Shown: one piece after another, positions 1 to 7,577 of the stretch
Layout of the letters: every line of letters begins with the position of its first letter
Position numbering within the stretch: position 1 is the stretch's first letter
DNA from: Nitrosopumilus sp.
GTDB taxonomy: Archaea; Thermoproteota; Nitrososphaeria; Nitrososphaerales; Nitrosopumilaceae
Assembly (NCBI GenBank): GCA_965205215.1
Contig: OZ242041.1
Coordinates: 1,527,664 to 1,559,663 of the forward strand
Length of the DNA stretch: 32,000 nucleotides
Direction: 5' to 3'
Translations under genes and position numbers: made by a program
Notes under the pieces: model-generated
What the model was told of the DNA's origin: nothing
Database searches by the model: none
What the model saw: the letters and a program-made list of their open reading frames with translations, nothing else

Positions 1-25
1 GAGCAACGCTTATGACGCAGGCTCC

Positions 26-508
26 ATGACCGCCACGGACGAGCTCGGGATGAGGGGGGCAGGCAGGGACCCCAGAGGCGCGTCCTTGGGGGTGGGAGGT
101 GACGAGGAGGAGGAGGAGGAGCATCCGCGCATAGACCTGTCTTACTTTAACAAAAAACGTGCCATGATGCTCAGGGAGCTCGGCGCGCTCATGGCCCGCA
201 TGGGCCATGATCCCGAAAATCTGGCCGAGGGCTTTCCCCTGCGACACGGGTGGACCGTATCGGACATCGCGACGGAGTTTGACGCAGGGTTTGGCGAGGT
301 GGTGAGGCACGCCGTCGGCAGCGAGCCCAACAAGATATCGCTGATAGCGGACTTTGAGATGGCAAGGGACAAGGCGGGCAGGGTTCCGACGCCGCAGGAC
401 ATGCAGGAGCACTCGCGGTTTGCCATATCGGACTACAAAAGAGAGTTCAAGTCGTGGGAGCATTTTCTCGATAGGCTCGGGTACGATCCGTGGTATCGCG
501 GTAACTAG
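26..508 (+). CDS. hypothetical protein with HEAR-like (homing-endonuclease-associated repeat) C-terminal motif
   Basis: ATG at 26, 160 aa. Has an E6 acidic run. C-terminal 'GRVPTPQDMQEHSRFAISDYKREFKSWEHFLDRLGY' fits the recalled HEAR pattern (GRxPT...Y.r.F.SW...l...G). No nuclease catalytic motif seen. Confidence 0.5.
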   Translation: MTATDELGMRGAGRDPRGASLGVGGDEEEEEEHPRIDLSYFNKKRAMMLRELGALMARMGHDPENLAEGFPLRHGWTVSDIATEFDAGFGEVVRHAVGSEPNKISLIADFEMARDKAGRVPTPQDMQEHSRFAISDYKREFKSWEHFLDRLGYDPWYRGN

Positions 509-626
509 CTGCGGCGGCGGCCGGACTGCAGTACGGCGCCCGCGCCAAAAAGGAAGCTGCGTTTGGGATGCAGGTTACAAAGCCTGGACGTCACAGGCGG
601 CGCTGCCGCCGTAGCCGACTCGTGCC

Positions 627-3239
627 CTACGAGACGGTCTCGTTTACGATGCGCTCAATCTCGCCTTTGGACATGGCATCAAGCATCTTTTGCAGTATGC
701 CGCCAAGCGTGTCGTCGCCTTCCGTGTATCCTACCGACAGCGTGTACTCGTCTGCAATCGTACCTGCTTCTGCCAGGTTCTCGATGCCGTTACTGGCCGC
801 AATGTATCTTGCAACTTCCCACACGTCCAAAAAGGCATCGGCGCTGCCGTCAGATACCATGGTCAGCGCCGTCTGTGCGGAGTCGGCAGACTCGTACGCC
901 ACATCGGGCATGTTCTCATCCAGCCAGGTCTCCACGGCATAGCCGTCCACCGTCACCACCTCGTAGTCTGCAAGGTTCTCAGACGTTATGACGTCGGCGT
1001 TCTCCTCAAGCGTGATTATCGAGATCGGTATTGTTATCCACGGCTCCGTAAAGTCCATGTACTCGTCCCTCTCCGCAGTGTTCTCGACTACAAACAGCAC
1101 GTCGGCCGTTCCGTCTTTCATGCGGTCGAGCGCATCGTTCCAGGATTCAATTGCAGGATCCGCCTCCGCGAACTGGGAGCCGGTCATGCCCTCGAGCGCG
1201 TCTGCAATGGCTCCGGACACCCCCGCAAGGCTTCCCTCGTCATCCACGTACTCGTACGGGGGCCATGCAGGGTCATACGCGACCGTTATCACCGGATGAT
1301 CCTCAAGCCAGGCCTGCTCCGCGTCGTCAAACGAGACCTCCGCCACCGGTGGTTCGGATTCCATGTAGTAGCCGGCTGCGAATATGTAGCCGTCGTGCAT
1401 CTCAAGCAGCGTGACCTTTTCGGCGTCCTCGCCGGTCTCGGGGTTCACAAACGTATAGGTCATCCACGTCTGGGCCCCGTCACCCGATAGCTCCTCCATT
1501 ATTTGCTCCGCGTCCTTGTCCGGATCGGTTACTAGATCAAACAGGTATCCCCCGATAATATCCGTGTCCGCGCCGTGCGCCGCGACTACAAGCATGTCGT
1601 CAAGCACGAACGGGTACGATGGATAGTCCGTGCTCATCGCGTCTATGGCCGCAAACGTCGCGTCCATTCCAAGCTCCTTGTACATCTCGACCGCGGTGCC
1701 CACGGACCACATAACCTCCGTCTTCTTGGCATACTCACCAGTCAGATAGAACCCGGCTCCGAATGTGTAGCCGTCATGCATGACAAACCATGCCTTTTTG
1801 GCCTGCTGCTCGCCGGTCTCGGGGTTCAGGAACACGTACTTTCCGAACACCCCCTGTCCCTCGTCAAACGCGCCCTTGGAGTCCCGGATGGCCGCGCTCA
1901 TCTGGTACGGCTCCCAGATCTTCTGGCCTGTCCGGTCGAGTATGGAGCCGTCTGCGACCTCCGTGTTTGCCGAGTCCATTACAAACGGATACCACTCTTT
2001 CTCGACGCTGAGGGCCGTGATCTCGGCAAAGGCGTCCTGCCCGCCCTCTGCATACATTGCAAGGGCGTTGTCTGTGGACATGATGGCGTTGATCTTTTTC
2101 GTCTGGAATTCGTCTGGGTAGAACCCCGCCCCGAACGCGTAGCCGTCGCGTATCACGAGCCAGGAGAGCTTTATCTCCTCTGCCTGGGTCTCAAAGTTCG
2201 TAAACGTGTATGTCACCCAGGCGCCGCCGTTGAGTTCGGACTCTGTCTGGATCAGTTCAATGGACTTGTTCGAGTCTGTAATAGCCACGGACACGTCGCC
2301 CACGCGTGACGCATCGGCACCGTGCGCCGCCACCACCTCGGCTTTAATGTCGACGACAAACGGATAGGTTCCTCCCGGCATATAGCCCTCGGCGGCATCA
2401 GTTATCATGTCAAATGAGTCGGTCCCGTGCTCATCGTACAACCCCGCCGCCGAATTTGCAACCCACATTGCAACGATCATCTCGGCTTCAAGATTATTGA
2501 GGTAGAATCCGCTGGCAAATATGTGGCTGCCGTGCAGCGCGAGGTACGACTTTTTAGTCTGCATCTCCCCGGTTGCGGGGTTTGTAAACGGATACATGAC
2601 CCAGGTCTCGCCGTTCTCGTCAAGCTCGGCCCTGATCTCGTCGTACGTCTTCTCGCCGTCGTCCAGCGCGCTCGACATGGTGCCGACCAGGGTTGCGTTG
2701 AATCCGTGCGCAAGTATGGTCAGCGTGTCATAATCGATGACAAACACATACGGCGATTCTGCGTCGTACGTCTCTGCACCCGCGGTTATTGCATCAAGCG
2801 CGCCCTCGCCGTCCGACTCGTACGCTTCAACGGATTCGGTGACCAAGGTCCTGACATCCTCCTTCATATCGGCAAACCGGTCGCTAAACATGGTCATCGA
2901 CACCACAAGGGCGGACTCCGGCTCCGTGACATCCTCAGAGGTCGCCGTCTCGCCGTCTTCGGGCTCCACCGCCTCCATGTCCGCTGAGGCAGCCTCAACT
3001 ATGGTCGCAAATTCCATGGCGGTCAAGCGGTCCACCGACGAAGAGAGTGCGCAGATCGGATCCCCGTTTGCCTTGAGCATCAGTACGCGCTCGCCGTTGC
3101 ATGCGACGTCCTCTGGCGCCGTGCCTTTTGCAACCTGTTTTGCGGGCGATGGGTTGTCCATGTCGGCATACGCCGCCCCGGACGCCCCGGCAGCAATTAG
3201 AGAAAGTGCAAGTAACAAGAATAACGGGCGGCTGGCCAA
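627..3239 (-). CDS. secreted protein: signal peptide + 4 tandem sCache_2-like domains + C-terminal SBP_bac_3 (type 3 solute-binding) domain
   Basis: The ORF is open to 3359, but a TTG at 3239 gives (M)ASRPLFLLLALSLIAAGASGAAYA|D, a classic signal peptide, with a TATA-like box 23-30 nt upstream. Four ~125-aa repeats each carry Y.FV.D..(V)AHG...W.(Y)TF.NP.TGE...K......DGY.F.AGFY. The C-terminus 'ITVAYDPAWPPYEYVDDEGSLAGVSGAIADAL...DVLFVVENTAERDEYMDFTEPW' looks like SBP_bac_3. Confidence 0.8.
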   Translation of the reverse strand: MASRPLFLLLALSLIAAGASGAAYADMDNPSPAKQVAKGTAPEDVACNGERVLMLKANGDPICALSSSVDRLTAMEFATIVEAASADMEAVEPEDGETATSEDVTEPESALVVSMTMFSDRFADMKEDVRTLVTESVEAYESDGEGALDAITAGAETYDAESPYVFVIDYDTLTILAHGFNATLVGTMSSALDDGEKTYDEIRAELDENGETWVMYPFTNPATGEMQTKKSYLALHGSHIFASGFYLNNLEAEMIVAMWVANSAAGLYDEHGTDSFDMITDAAEGYMPGGTYPFVVDIKAEVVAAHGADASRVGDVSVAITDSNKSIELIQTESELNGGAWVTYTFTNFETQAEEIKLSWLVIRDGYAFGAGFYPDEFQTKKINAIMSTDNALAMYAEGGQDAFAEITALSVEKEWYPFVMDSANTEVADGSILDRTGQKIWEPYQMSAAIRDSKGAFDEGQGVFGKYVFLNPETGEQQAKKAWFVMHDGYTFGAGFYLTGEYAKKTEVMWSVGTAVEMYKELGMDATFAAIDAMSTDYPSYPFVLDDMLVVAAHGADTDIIGGYLFDLVTDPDKDAEQIMEELSGDGAQTWMTYTFVNPETGEDAEKVTLLEMHDGYIFAAGYYMESEPPVAEVSFDDAEQAWLEDHPVITVAYDPAWPPYEYVDDEGSLAGVSGAIADALEGMTGSQFAEADPAIESWNDALDRMKDGTADVLFVVENTAERDEYMDFTEPWITIPISIITLEENADVITSENLADYEVVTVDGYAVETWLDENMPDVAYESADSAQTALTMVSDGSADAFLDVWEVARYIAASNGIENLAEAGTIADEYTLSVGYTEGDDTLGGILQKMLDAMSKGEIERIVNETVS
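1362..2882 (-). repeat. intragenic tandem domain duplication (4 x ~375-381 bp Cache-like modules)
   Basis: The protein repeats remain visible at DNA level. An identical 17-mer gccggtctcggggttca occurs at 1431-1447 and 1812-1828 (381 bp apart). Related ccggctSYgaaYRtgtagccgtcRtgcat blocks lie at ~1368, ~1750 and ~2119. Confidence 0.75.
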
Positions 3240-3260
3240 TGGTACAGGGTAGGAAAGAAG

Positions 3261-3270
3261 CAATATTAGC
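3261..3270 (-). promoter_or_regulatory. TATA-like box for the Cache/SBP gene
   Basis: Minus strand reads gctaatattg, 23-31 nt upstream of the TTG at 3239. Confidence 0.45.
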
Positions 3271-3378
3271 GTTATGTCAGATGTGGCGTACTGCGCGATT
3301 CCCCAATCCGCTCCGCCAAGGGGTGCGGCCCTGCTCATGGCGCAGGCCGAGGCCGTCACATGCTGGGCGCCATACCTG

Positions 3379-4293
3379 TCAGATGACAGTCAGCCACTGC
3401 CTGAACCTGCTGTCCCTGCCCGCTACGACATCTGCAAACGACTTTTGCAATCCTTTTGTAATTCGTCCCATGCGGCCTGTCCCGATTCTGGCCCTGTCTA
3501 CCTGCGTGACCGACCTTATCTCTGCGACCGTGCCTGTCATGAACACCTCGTCCGCGACATACAGGTCGTCCCTGTACAAGTCGTACTCTGCGACATCCAT
3601 CCCGTCGGCCTCTGCTATTCGCATCACGCTGTCCCTCGTGATGCCGTCCAGGCATCCAGTCGAGAGCGGCGGCGTCAGTATCGAGCCGTCCCTGCATACG
3701 AATATGTTCTCGACGCAGCCTTCTGCCACCCTGCCGTCTGTGTTCAGTATGATGGCCTCGTCGTACCCGTTCTCAGATGCCTCGATCCTTGCGAGTGTGG
3801 CACTAGAGTAGTTGGCGGCCACCTTTGCCTGTATGGGCTGGGCCCTAGGGTCTATCCTGACCCAGCTTGACACCATGCATCTTGCGCCGGAAAACTTGCC
3901 GGCCTTCGATTCGCCCATCTTCCAGGGCCAGCACGATATGGAGAGATCAACCTTGTTCCTTGTAGGCGTGAGGCCCATCTCGCCGTACCCGTAGTATGCC
4001 AGGGGGCGTATGTAGCCCTCCTTGAGCCCGCACGCGCGCACCGTATCGATTATGGCATCGAGGACCTGTCGCCTGGTGTATCTGAGCTTCATAGAGTATG
4101 TCTTGGCCGAGCGGAACAGCCTCTCTACGTGATCCTCAAGCCTGAATATTGCGGGGCCTTCGCGCGTATTGTAGTACCTGATGCCGTCAAATACCGCCGT
4201 GGAGTAGTGCAGTGCATGCGTCAAGACGTGCACCTTTGCATCCCGAAACGGCACCAGGCGGCCGTCCATCCATATCTTGCGGGATTCCTTCAT
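3379..4293 (-). CDS. ilvE: branched-chain amino acid aminotransferase (class IV PLP enzyme)
   Basis: 'MKESRKIWMDGRLVPFRDAKVHVLTHALHYSTAVFDGIRYY...' is a typical IlvE N-terminus. The ATG at 4293 was verified and has a TATA box 23-30 nt upstream. The ORF extension to 4458 has no homology-like character. Confidence 0.9.
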   Translation of the reverse strand: MKESRKIWMDGRLVPFRDAKVHVLTHALHYSTAVFDGIRYYNTREGPAIFRLEDHVERLFRSAKTYSMKLRYTRRQVLDAIIDTVRACGLKEGYIRPLAYYGYGEMGLTPTRNKVDLSISCWPWKMGESKAGKFSGARCMVSSWVRIDPRAQPIQAKVAANYSSATLARIEASENGYDEAIILNTDGRVAEGCVENIFVCRDGSILTPPLSTGCLDGITRDSVMRIAEADGMDVAEYDLYRDDLYVADEVFMTGTVAEIRSVTQVDRARIGTGRMGRITKGLQKSFADVVAGRDSRFRQWLTVI

Positions 4294-4315
4294 GGTGGGC
4301 GTTACGGATGTGTTG

Positions 4316-4323
4316 TTTAAATA
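4316..4323 (-). promoter_or_regulatory. TATA-like box for ilvE
   Basis: Minus strand reads tatttaaa, 23-30 nt upstream of the ATG at 4293. Confidence 0.5.
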
Positions 4324-4514
4324 GGTGTTAATGTGTGGCTGCACACTAGTGACCGCGCTTCGCGTCGTCTTGTCGGCGCCTTTCTGTGCAGGTGCGGGCG
4401 CAAGCGTGTTGTTGCTGATCTTCCCCAAGCCCTGCCAGTAAAACGCGTACCGTGCCAAACGGACACAGGGCTGGCCCCCTATTGCAGATCACAGGCAGGA
4501 TGCGCGGCATGTCC

Positions 4515-4547
4515 CAGCGGCAGCAGCAACAGCAACAGCAACGGCAA
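4515..4547. repeat. intergenic (CAG/CAA)n trinucleotide tract
   Basis: Sequence cagcggcagcagcaacagcaacagcaacggcaa, lying between the ilvE start and the LeuA-family stop. Confidence 0.8.
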
Positions 4548-4631
4548 AACCTATCATCTGCATCACAGGACCGGCAGGCCCGGCCTCTGGCGGTGTCCTT
4601 TCGTCGAGGTTGCTCGGACGCGCGGCCGTCG

Positions 4632-5768
4632 CTAGTCTTGCTCTTCGCCAAGGACCTCGCGCGTGATCAGCAGCAGCTGCGCGTCGGTAATCCTCTCTCC
4701 CCGGTCGGCCGATGCCTTGACCCGGTCTAGGATCCGCCTCGACTGCCCCTCTGTCGGTCTGATGCCATAGTTTCCCAGGGCGGCGTTCAGTCCCAGGACT
4801 CCGGTGTGTTTCCCCACGTAGATCTGGTGCTTTCGCCCCACTAGTTCGGGACTGAACGGCTCGTATGTCATCTGATTGTCCAGCATGGCATCGGTGTGAA
4901 TCTCATCCTCGTGGCTAAACGCATTGTCGCCTACGACCGCCTTGTTCGGCTGCACCTGTATTCCCATAACTTTTGATATGAACCTTGACGTGTCATAGAT
5001 CAGCTCGGACTTTATCCCCGTCTCGTACTTTTGATCATACCGGAGGCACTTTAGCGCCATTGCAAGCTCCTCTAGCGACGCGTTCCCGGCCCTCTCCCCG
5101 ATCCCGTTGATCGTCACCTGCGCGCAAAAGGCCCCGGCCCTGATTCCAGACAGCGTGTTTGCCACCGCCAGCCCAAAGTCGTTGTGACAGTGGACACTTA
5201 CCGGGGTGCCGGCCGCGGCAGATACGGCGTCGCGCGTGAGTTCGGCCATGTACTCCGGGGTGGCGCATCCGGTAGTATCCGGAATGGTAACTGTATAGGC
5301 CCCTGCCTTTGCAACCTCGCCAAGTATGTCCCTCAAGAACCCCCTCTCGGTCCTTGTCGCGTCCACCGCCCCGAACTCCACCTTCAGCCCCCTGGACTTT
5401 GCATACTCGACTGCCTCGATTGCCTGTTCAATCGCATGGGCCTTGGTCATTTCGCGGTTGTGTCTTAGGTGAATGTCCGAGGTCGCAACAAAGGTGTTGA
5501 TGTAACTCAGCCCCGTGTCGGCGGCAACGTCGATGTCCCTTTTGTTGGCCCTTGTCATTCCGCAGATTTCAGACGACAGTCCTTCGCCGGTTATCATCCT
5601 TGCCGCCTGCCGCTCGCCCTCCGAGGTCGTCGGAAAGCCGGCCTCGATTACGTCCACACCCAGGGCGTCAAGTCTTTTTGCGATTTCGAGTTTTTGATCA
5701 GGGGTCAGTGATATCCCGACTGTCTGCTCCCCGTCTCGCAGCGTGGTGTCAAAGATTCGGATCCTCAT
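4632..5768 (-). CDS. 2-isopropylmalate / homocitrate / citramalate synthase family enzyme (short form, no LeuA regulatory domain)
   Basis: '[46 protein letters not shown]' and '[14 protein letters not shown]' are HMGL-like/DRE-TIM hallmarks. At 378 aa it lacks the C-terminal LeuA_dimer domain, so substrate cannot be assigned. Confidence 0.9.
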   Translation of the reverse strand: MRIRIFDTTLRDGEQTVGISLTPDQKLEIAKRLDALGVDVIEAGFPTTSEGERQAARMITGEGLSSEICGMTRANKRDIDVAADTGLSYINTFVATSDIHLRHNREMTKAHAIEQAIEAVEYAKSRGLKVEFGAVDATRTERGFLRDILGEVAKAGAYTVTIPDTTGCATPEYMAELTRDAVSAAAGTPVSVHCHNDFGLAVANTLSGIRAGAFCAQVTINGIGERAGNASLEELAMALKCLRYDQKYETGIKSELIYDTSRFISKVMGIQVQPNKAVVGDNAFSHEDEIHTDAMLDNQMTYEPFSPELVGRKHQIYVGKHTGVLGLNAALGNYGIRPTEGQSRRILDRVKASADRGERITDAQLLLITREVLGEEQD

Positions 5769-6136
5769 GCCCTCACCATATCAAACTTGACCCGCTTAGT
5801 TTGCCGACAGATGCCGGACGGTTGGCCCGGGAGCTGCCCAAACCATGCGCCGCAAAAACAACGGCGTCGCGCCCTGTTCTGTCTACCGGCCAGCTCCAAG
5901 ACCGACTTGTCATGTATGGTGCAACGGCGCTCCGCCGTGACATCCAAAAAGCCGTTCCCCCCACGCGGCCGTGGTTTGCGAACATCCCATACACCAGTGA
6001 CAGCATCGCGTGGCACAAATTTAACTATAGCTGTGCATTGAGGCTGGAAACTCTTGGCGACCCGCCCAGTGTTACTTTCGTCCTTGTGCTTTTTGCGAAT
6101 AATCCCCTCTGTCTTTGGCGGGCCTAGCTTTCCCAC
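5765..6136 (-). CDS. questionable hypothetical ORF (basic, 123 aa) overlapping the LeuA-family start by ATGA
   Basis: GTG start. Its stop overlaps the downstream ATG (tcat at 5765-5768). The Arg-rich composition is unrecognisable. It is the only candidate for an otherwise unexplained 400-bp gap. Confidence 0.25.
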   Translation of the reverse strand: MGKLGPPKTEGIIRKKHKDESNTGRVAKSFQPQCTAIVKFVPRDAVTGVWDVRKPRPRGGNGFLDVTAERRCTIHDKSVLELAGRQNRARRRCFCGAWFGQLPGQPSGICRQTKRVKFDMVRA

Positions 6137-6192
6137 TGCCCGGAATCTCGGATTTTTGACGTGACGTCACTTGGATAAACTCTGTTTTCTAA

Positions 6193-6266
6193 TTTTTTCC
6201 TCTACCTCCACCCCCCCCCCCTCTCCCCCCCTCCCTCCCTCCCTCACCCACGCACGCACGCTCCCC
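6193..6266. repeat. polypyrimidine / C-tract low-complexity block (C11, C7, (TCCC)3-4, (CACG)3)
   Basis: Read directly: ttttttcctctacctcca-C11-tct-C7-tccctccctccctcacccacgcacgcacgctcccc. The complementary strand carries at least 6 G-runs. Confidence 0.9.
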
Positions 6267-6351
6267 GTACAGTGCGTTTATCAGCGCCTTTCCCTACGCA
6301 TCTGCAGTGTACAGCGCAATCGCAGACGGCATTACGTCCGTAAAGAGGGAG

Positions 6352-7197
6352 ATGTCCAAGAGTTACTCCGGAAGAGCTCACATACAGGAGGCGCTTCCCG
6401 TAAGACCGTCAAATGAGGCATTCCCAATCGAAGAGTCTCACCTGAGGGCCCTCCACGGGTTTGCCGCGTCCAACCCGATATACCACGGCTCGTTCCGGCA
6501 GGATCTGGCGGGCACGGAGTGCACCATATACGAGGGGGACATAAACGAGTACTGGCTTGGCAGCATAAAGCACGGGACAAGCTGCCAGCCGTTCTATCCC
6601 ACGTGGCTGGCTTCTGCGTACGTCCTGGCCGCGGCCGCCAAGGGGTTTGGATGCACCGAACTTGTCGACATCGGGTCAGGCGACGGACGCATCGCGTTTT
6701 GCGCCGCCCTGCTTGGAATGAAGGCGTACAGCATAGAGATAGACGACTCGCTTGTCAAACTTCAAGAGGAGGTGGCGGCCTCGACGGGGACGGACTTCGG
6801 CCCCGTATGCATGGACGCGCTTGCGGCGGACTACGGCGGCATGGATATCTCGAGGCCCGCGTTTGCCGTGGGAGGACTGCCGCAGATGGGCGGGGAGATG
6901 CTGGTAGAGGGACTGCTTGAAAAGATCGAAGACTGTGGCGACTCCGTCATGTCGGAGGCCGTCGTGATACTTGCAGGCGAGGGGGACAGCAGCGGCCCCG
7001 CAGCAAGGAGGAGAAGAGAGGGAACGGGCGGCCTGGGAGGATGGGAGTCCACAATAGCAAAGTACGGACTGTCGGCAAGGCGCGTGATAAACCTTCCGAC
7101 TGTCTGGACGTTTGATCAGGATAAAGAGACGCCCTACATATTCGCCGGGCTTGCGGGGTCCTCGGAGACACCTGGCGTGGAGACCTCGAATACGTAG
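6352..7197 (+). CDS. putative class I SAM-dependent methyltransferase-fold protein
   Basis: 'ELVDIGSGDGRIAFCAALLGMKAYSIEID' matches motif I (hhDhGxGxG) plus the acidic residue at the end of beta-2. The start is uncertain: ATG at 6352 or GTG at 6307. Confidence 0.6.
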   Translation: MSKSYSGRAHIQEALPVRPSNEAFPIEESHLRALHGFAASNPIYHGSFRQDLAGTECTIYEGDINEYWLGSIKHGTSCQPFYPTWLASAYVLAAAAKGFGCTELVDIGSGDGRIAFCAALLGMKAYSIEIDDSLVKLQEEVAASTGTDFGPVCMDALAADYGGMDISRPAFAVGGLPQMGGEMLVEGLLEKIEDCGDSVMSEAVVILAGEGDSSGPAARRRREGTGGLGGWESTIAKYGLSARRVINLPTVWTFDQDKETPYIFAGLAGSSETPGVETSNT

Positions 7198-7577
7198 CCC
7201 GATCCGTTTGGGCCCATGCCACAGGAGCTCAGCACCACCAAGTCGCCAGGCGCCGGCGGCGTGGGCGCCACAAGCCGTGCAATCAGCCGTATGCCGCACT
7301 CGAATGCAACCAGACAGAAGAACGAGCGCCTAACGCTGCTGTTGCCGGGGAGCCGCCCGACAGGCATTTCCATGCTGCACTCTACTATGCGGCCCCGCAG
7401 CCTCTTGCCGCCGTCGCCGTCGCCATCGCCGTATCCGGACCCAAGCCGGACCCCGCCAAGGCAGACACTGCAGAACTCTGACGGGGGCCATACGGCCGCG
7501 CCGCATTCTGTGCATTCGGGCACCCTGAACAGCCCGCGCCCAATGGCTTGCTCAAACTCAGAGAGTACCGCGCTCAT
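7134..7577 (-). CDS. DUF35 zinc-ribbon/OB-fold protein (thiolase partner)
   Basis: 'CTECGAAVWPPSEFCSVCLGG' is a CxxC...CxxC ribbon followed by an OB-like region. The ATG at 7577 overlaps the thiolase stop (tcat at 7574-7577). The upstream 133 aa of the 280-aa track ORF lie inside the thiolase gene in another frame. Confidence 0.85.
   Translation of the reverse strand: MSAVLSEFEQAIGRGLFRVPECTECGAAVWPPSEFCSVCLGGVRLGSGYGDGDGDGGKRLRGRIVECSMEMPVGRLPGNSSVRRSFFCLVAFECGIRLIARLVAPTPPAPGDLVVLSSCGMGPNGSGYVFEVSTPGVSEDPASPANM

Noticed and set aside
4346-4730. ORFs 4346-4651 (-) and 4452-4730 (+) with poly-Cys / poly-Gln runs
   Set aside because: Both are artefacts of translating the intergenic (CAG/CAA)n tract. 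Neither has a promoter or any conservation-like features.
5770-6150. Possible RNase P RNA or SRP RNA on the minus strand (contains gtgggaaagctaggcc and gacagaacagggcg, superficially like CR-I GAGGAAAGUCC and CR-V ACAGAA...GGCUUA)
   Set aside because: The two segments cannot pair to form P4, because AAGCUAGG has no CCUAGCUU partner. No CR-II/III-like motifs were found. No SRP helix-8 GGAAGG...AGCA motif is present. The resemblance is most likely chance.
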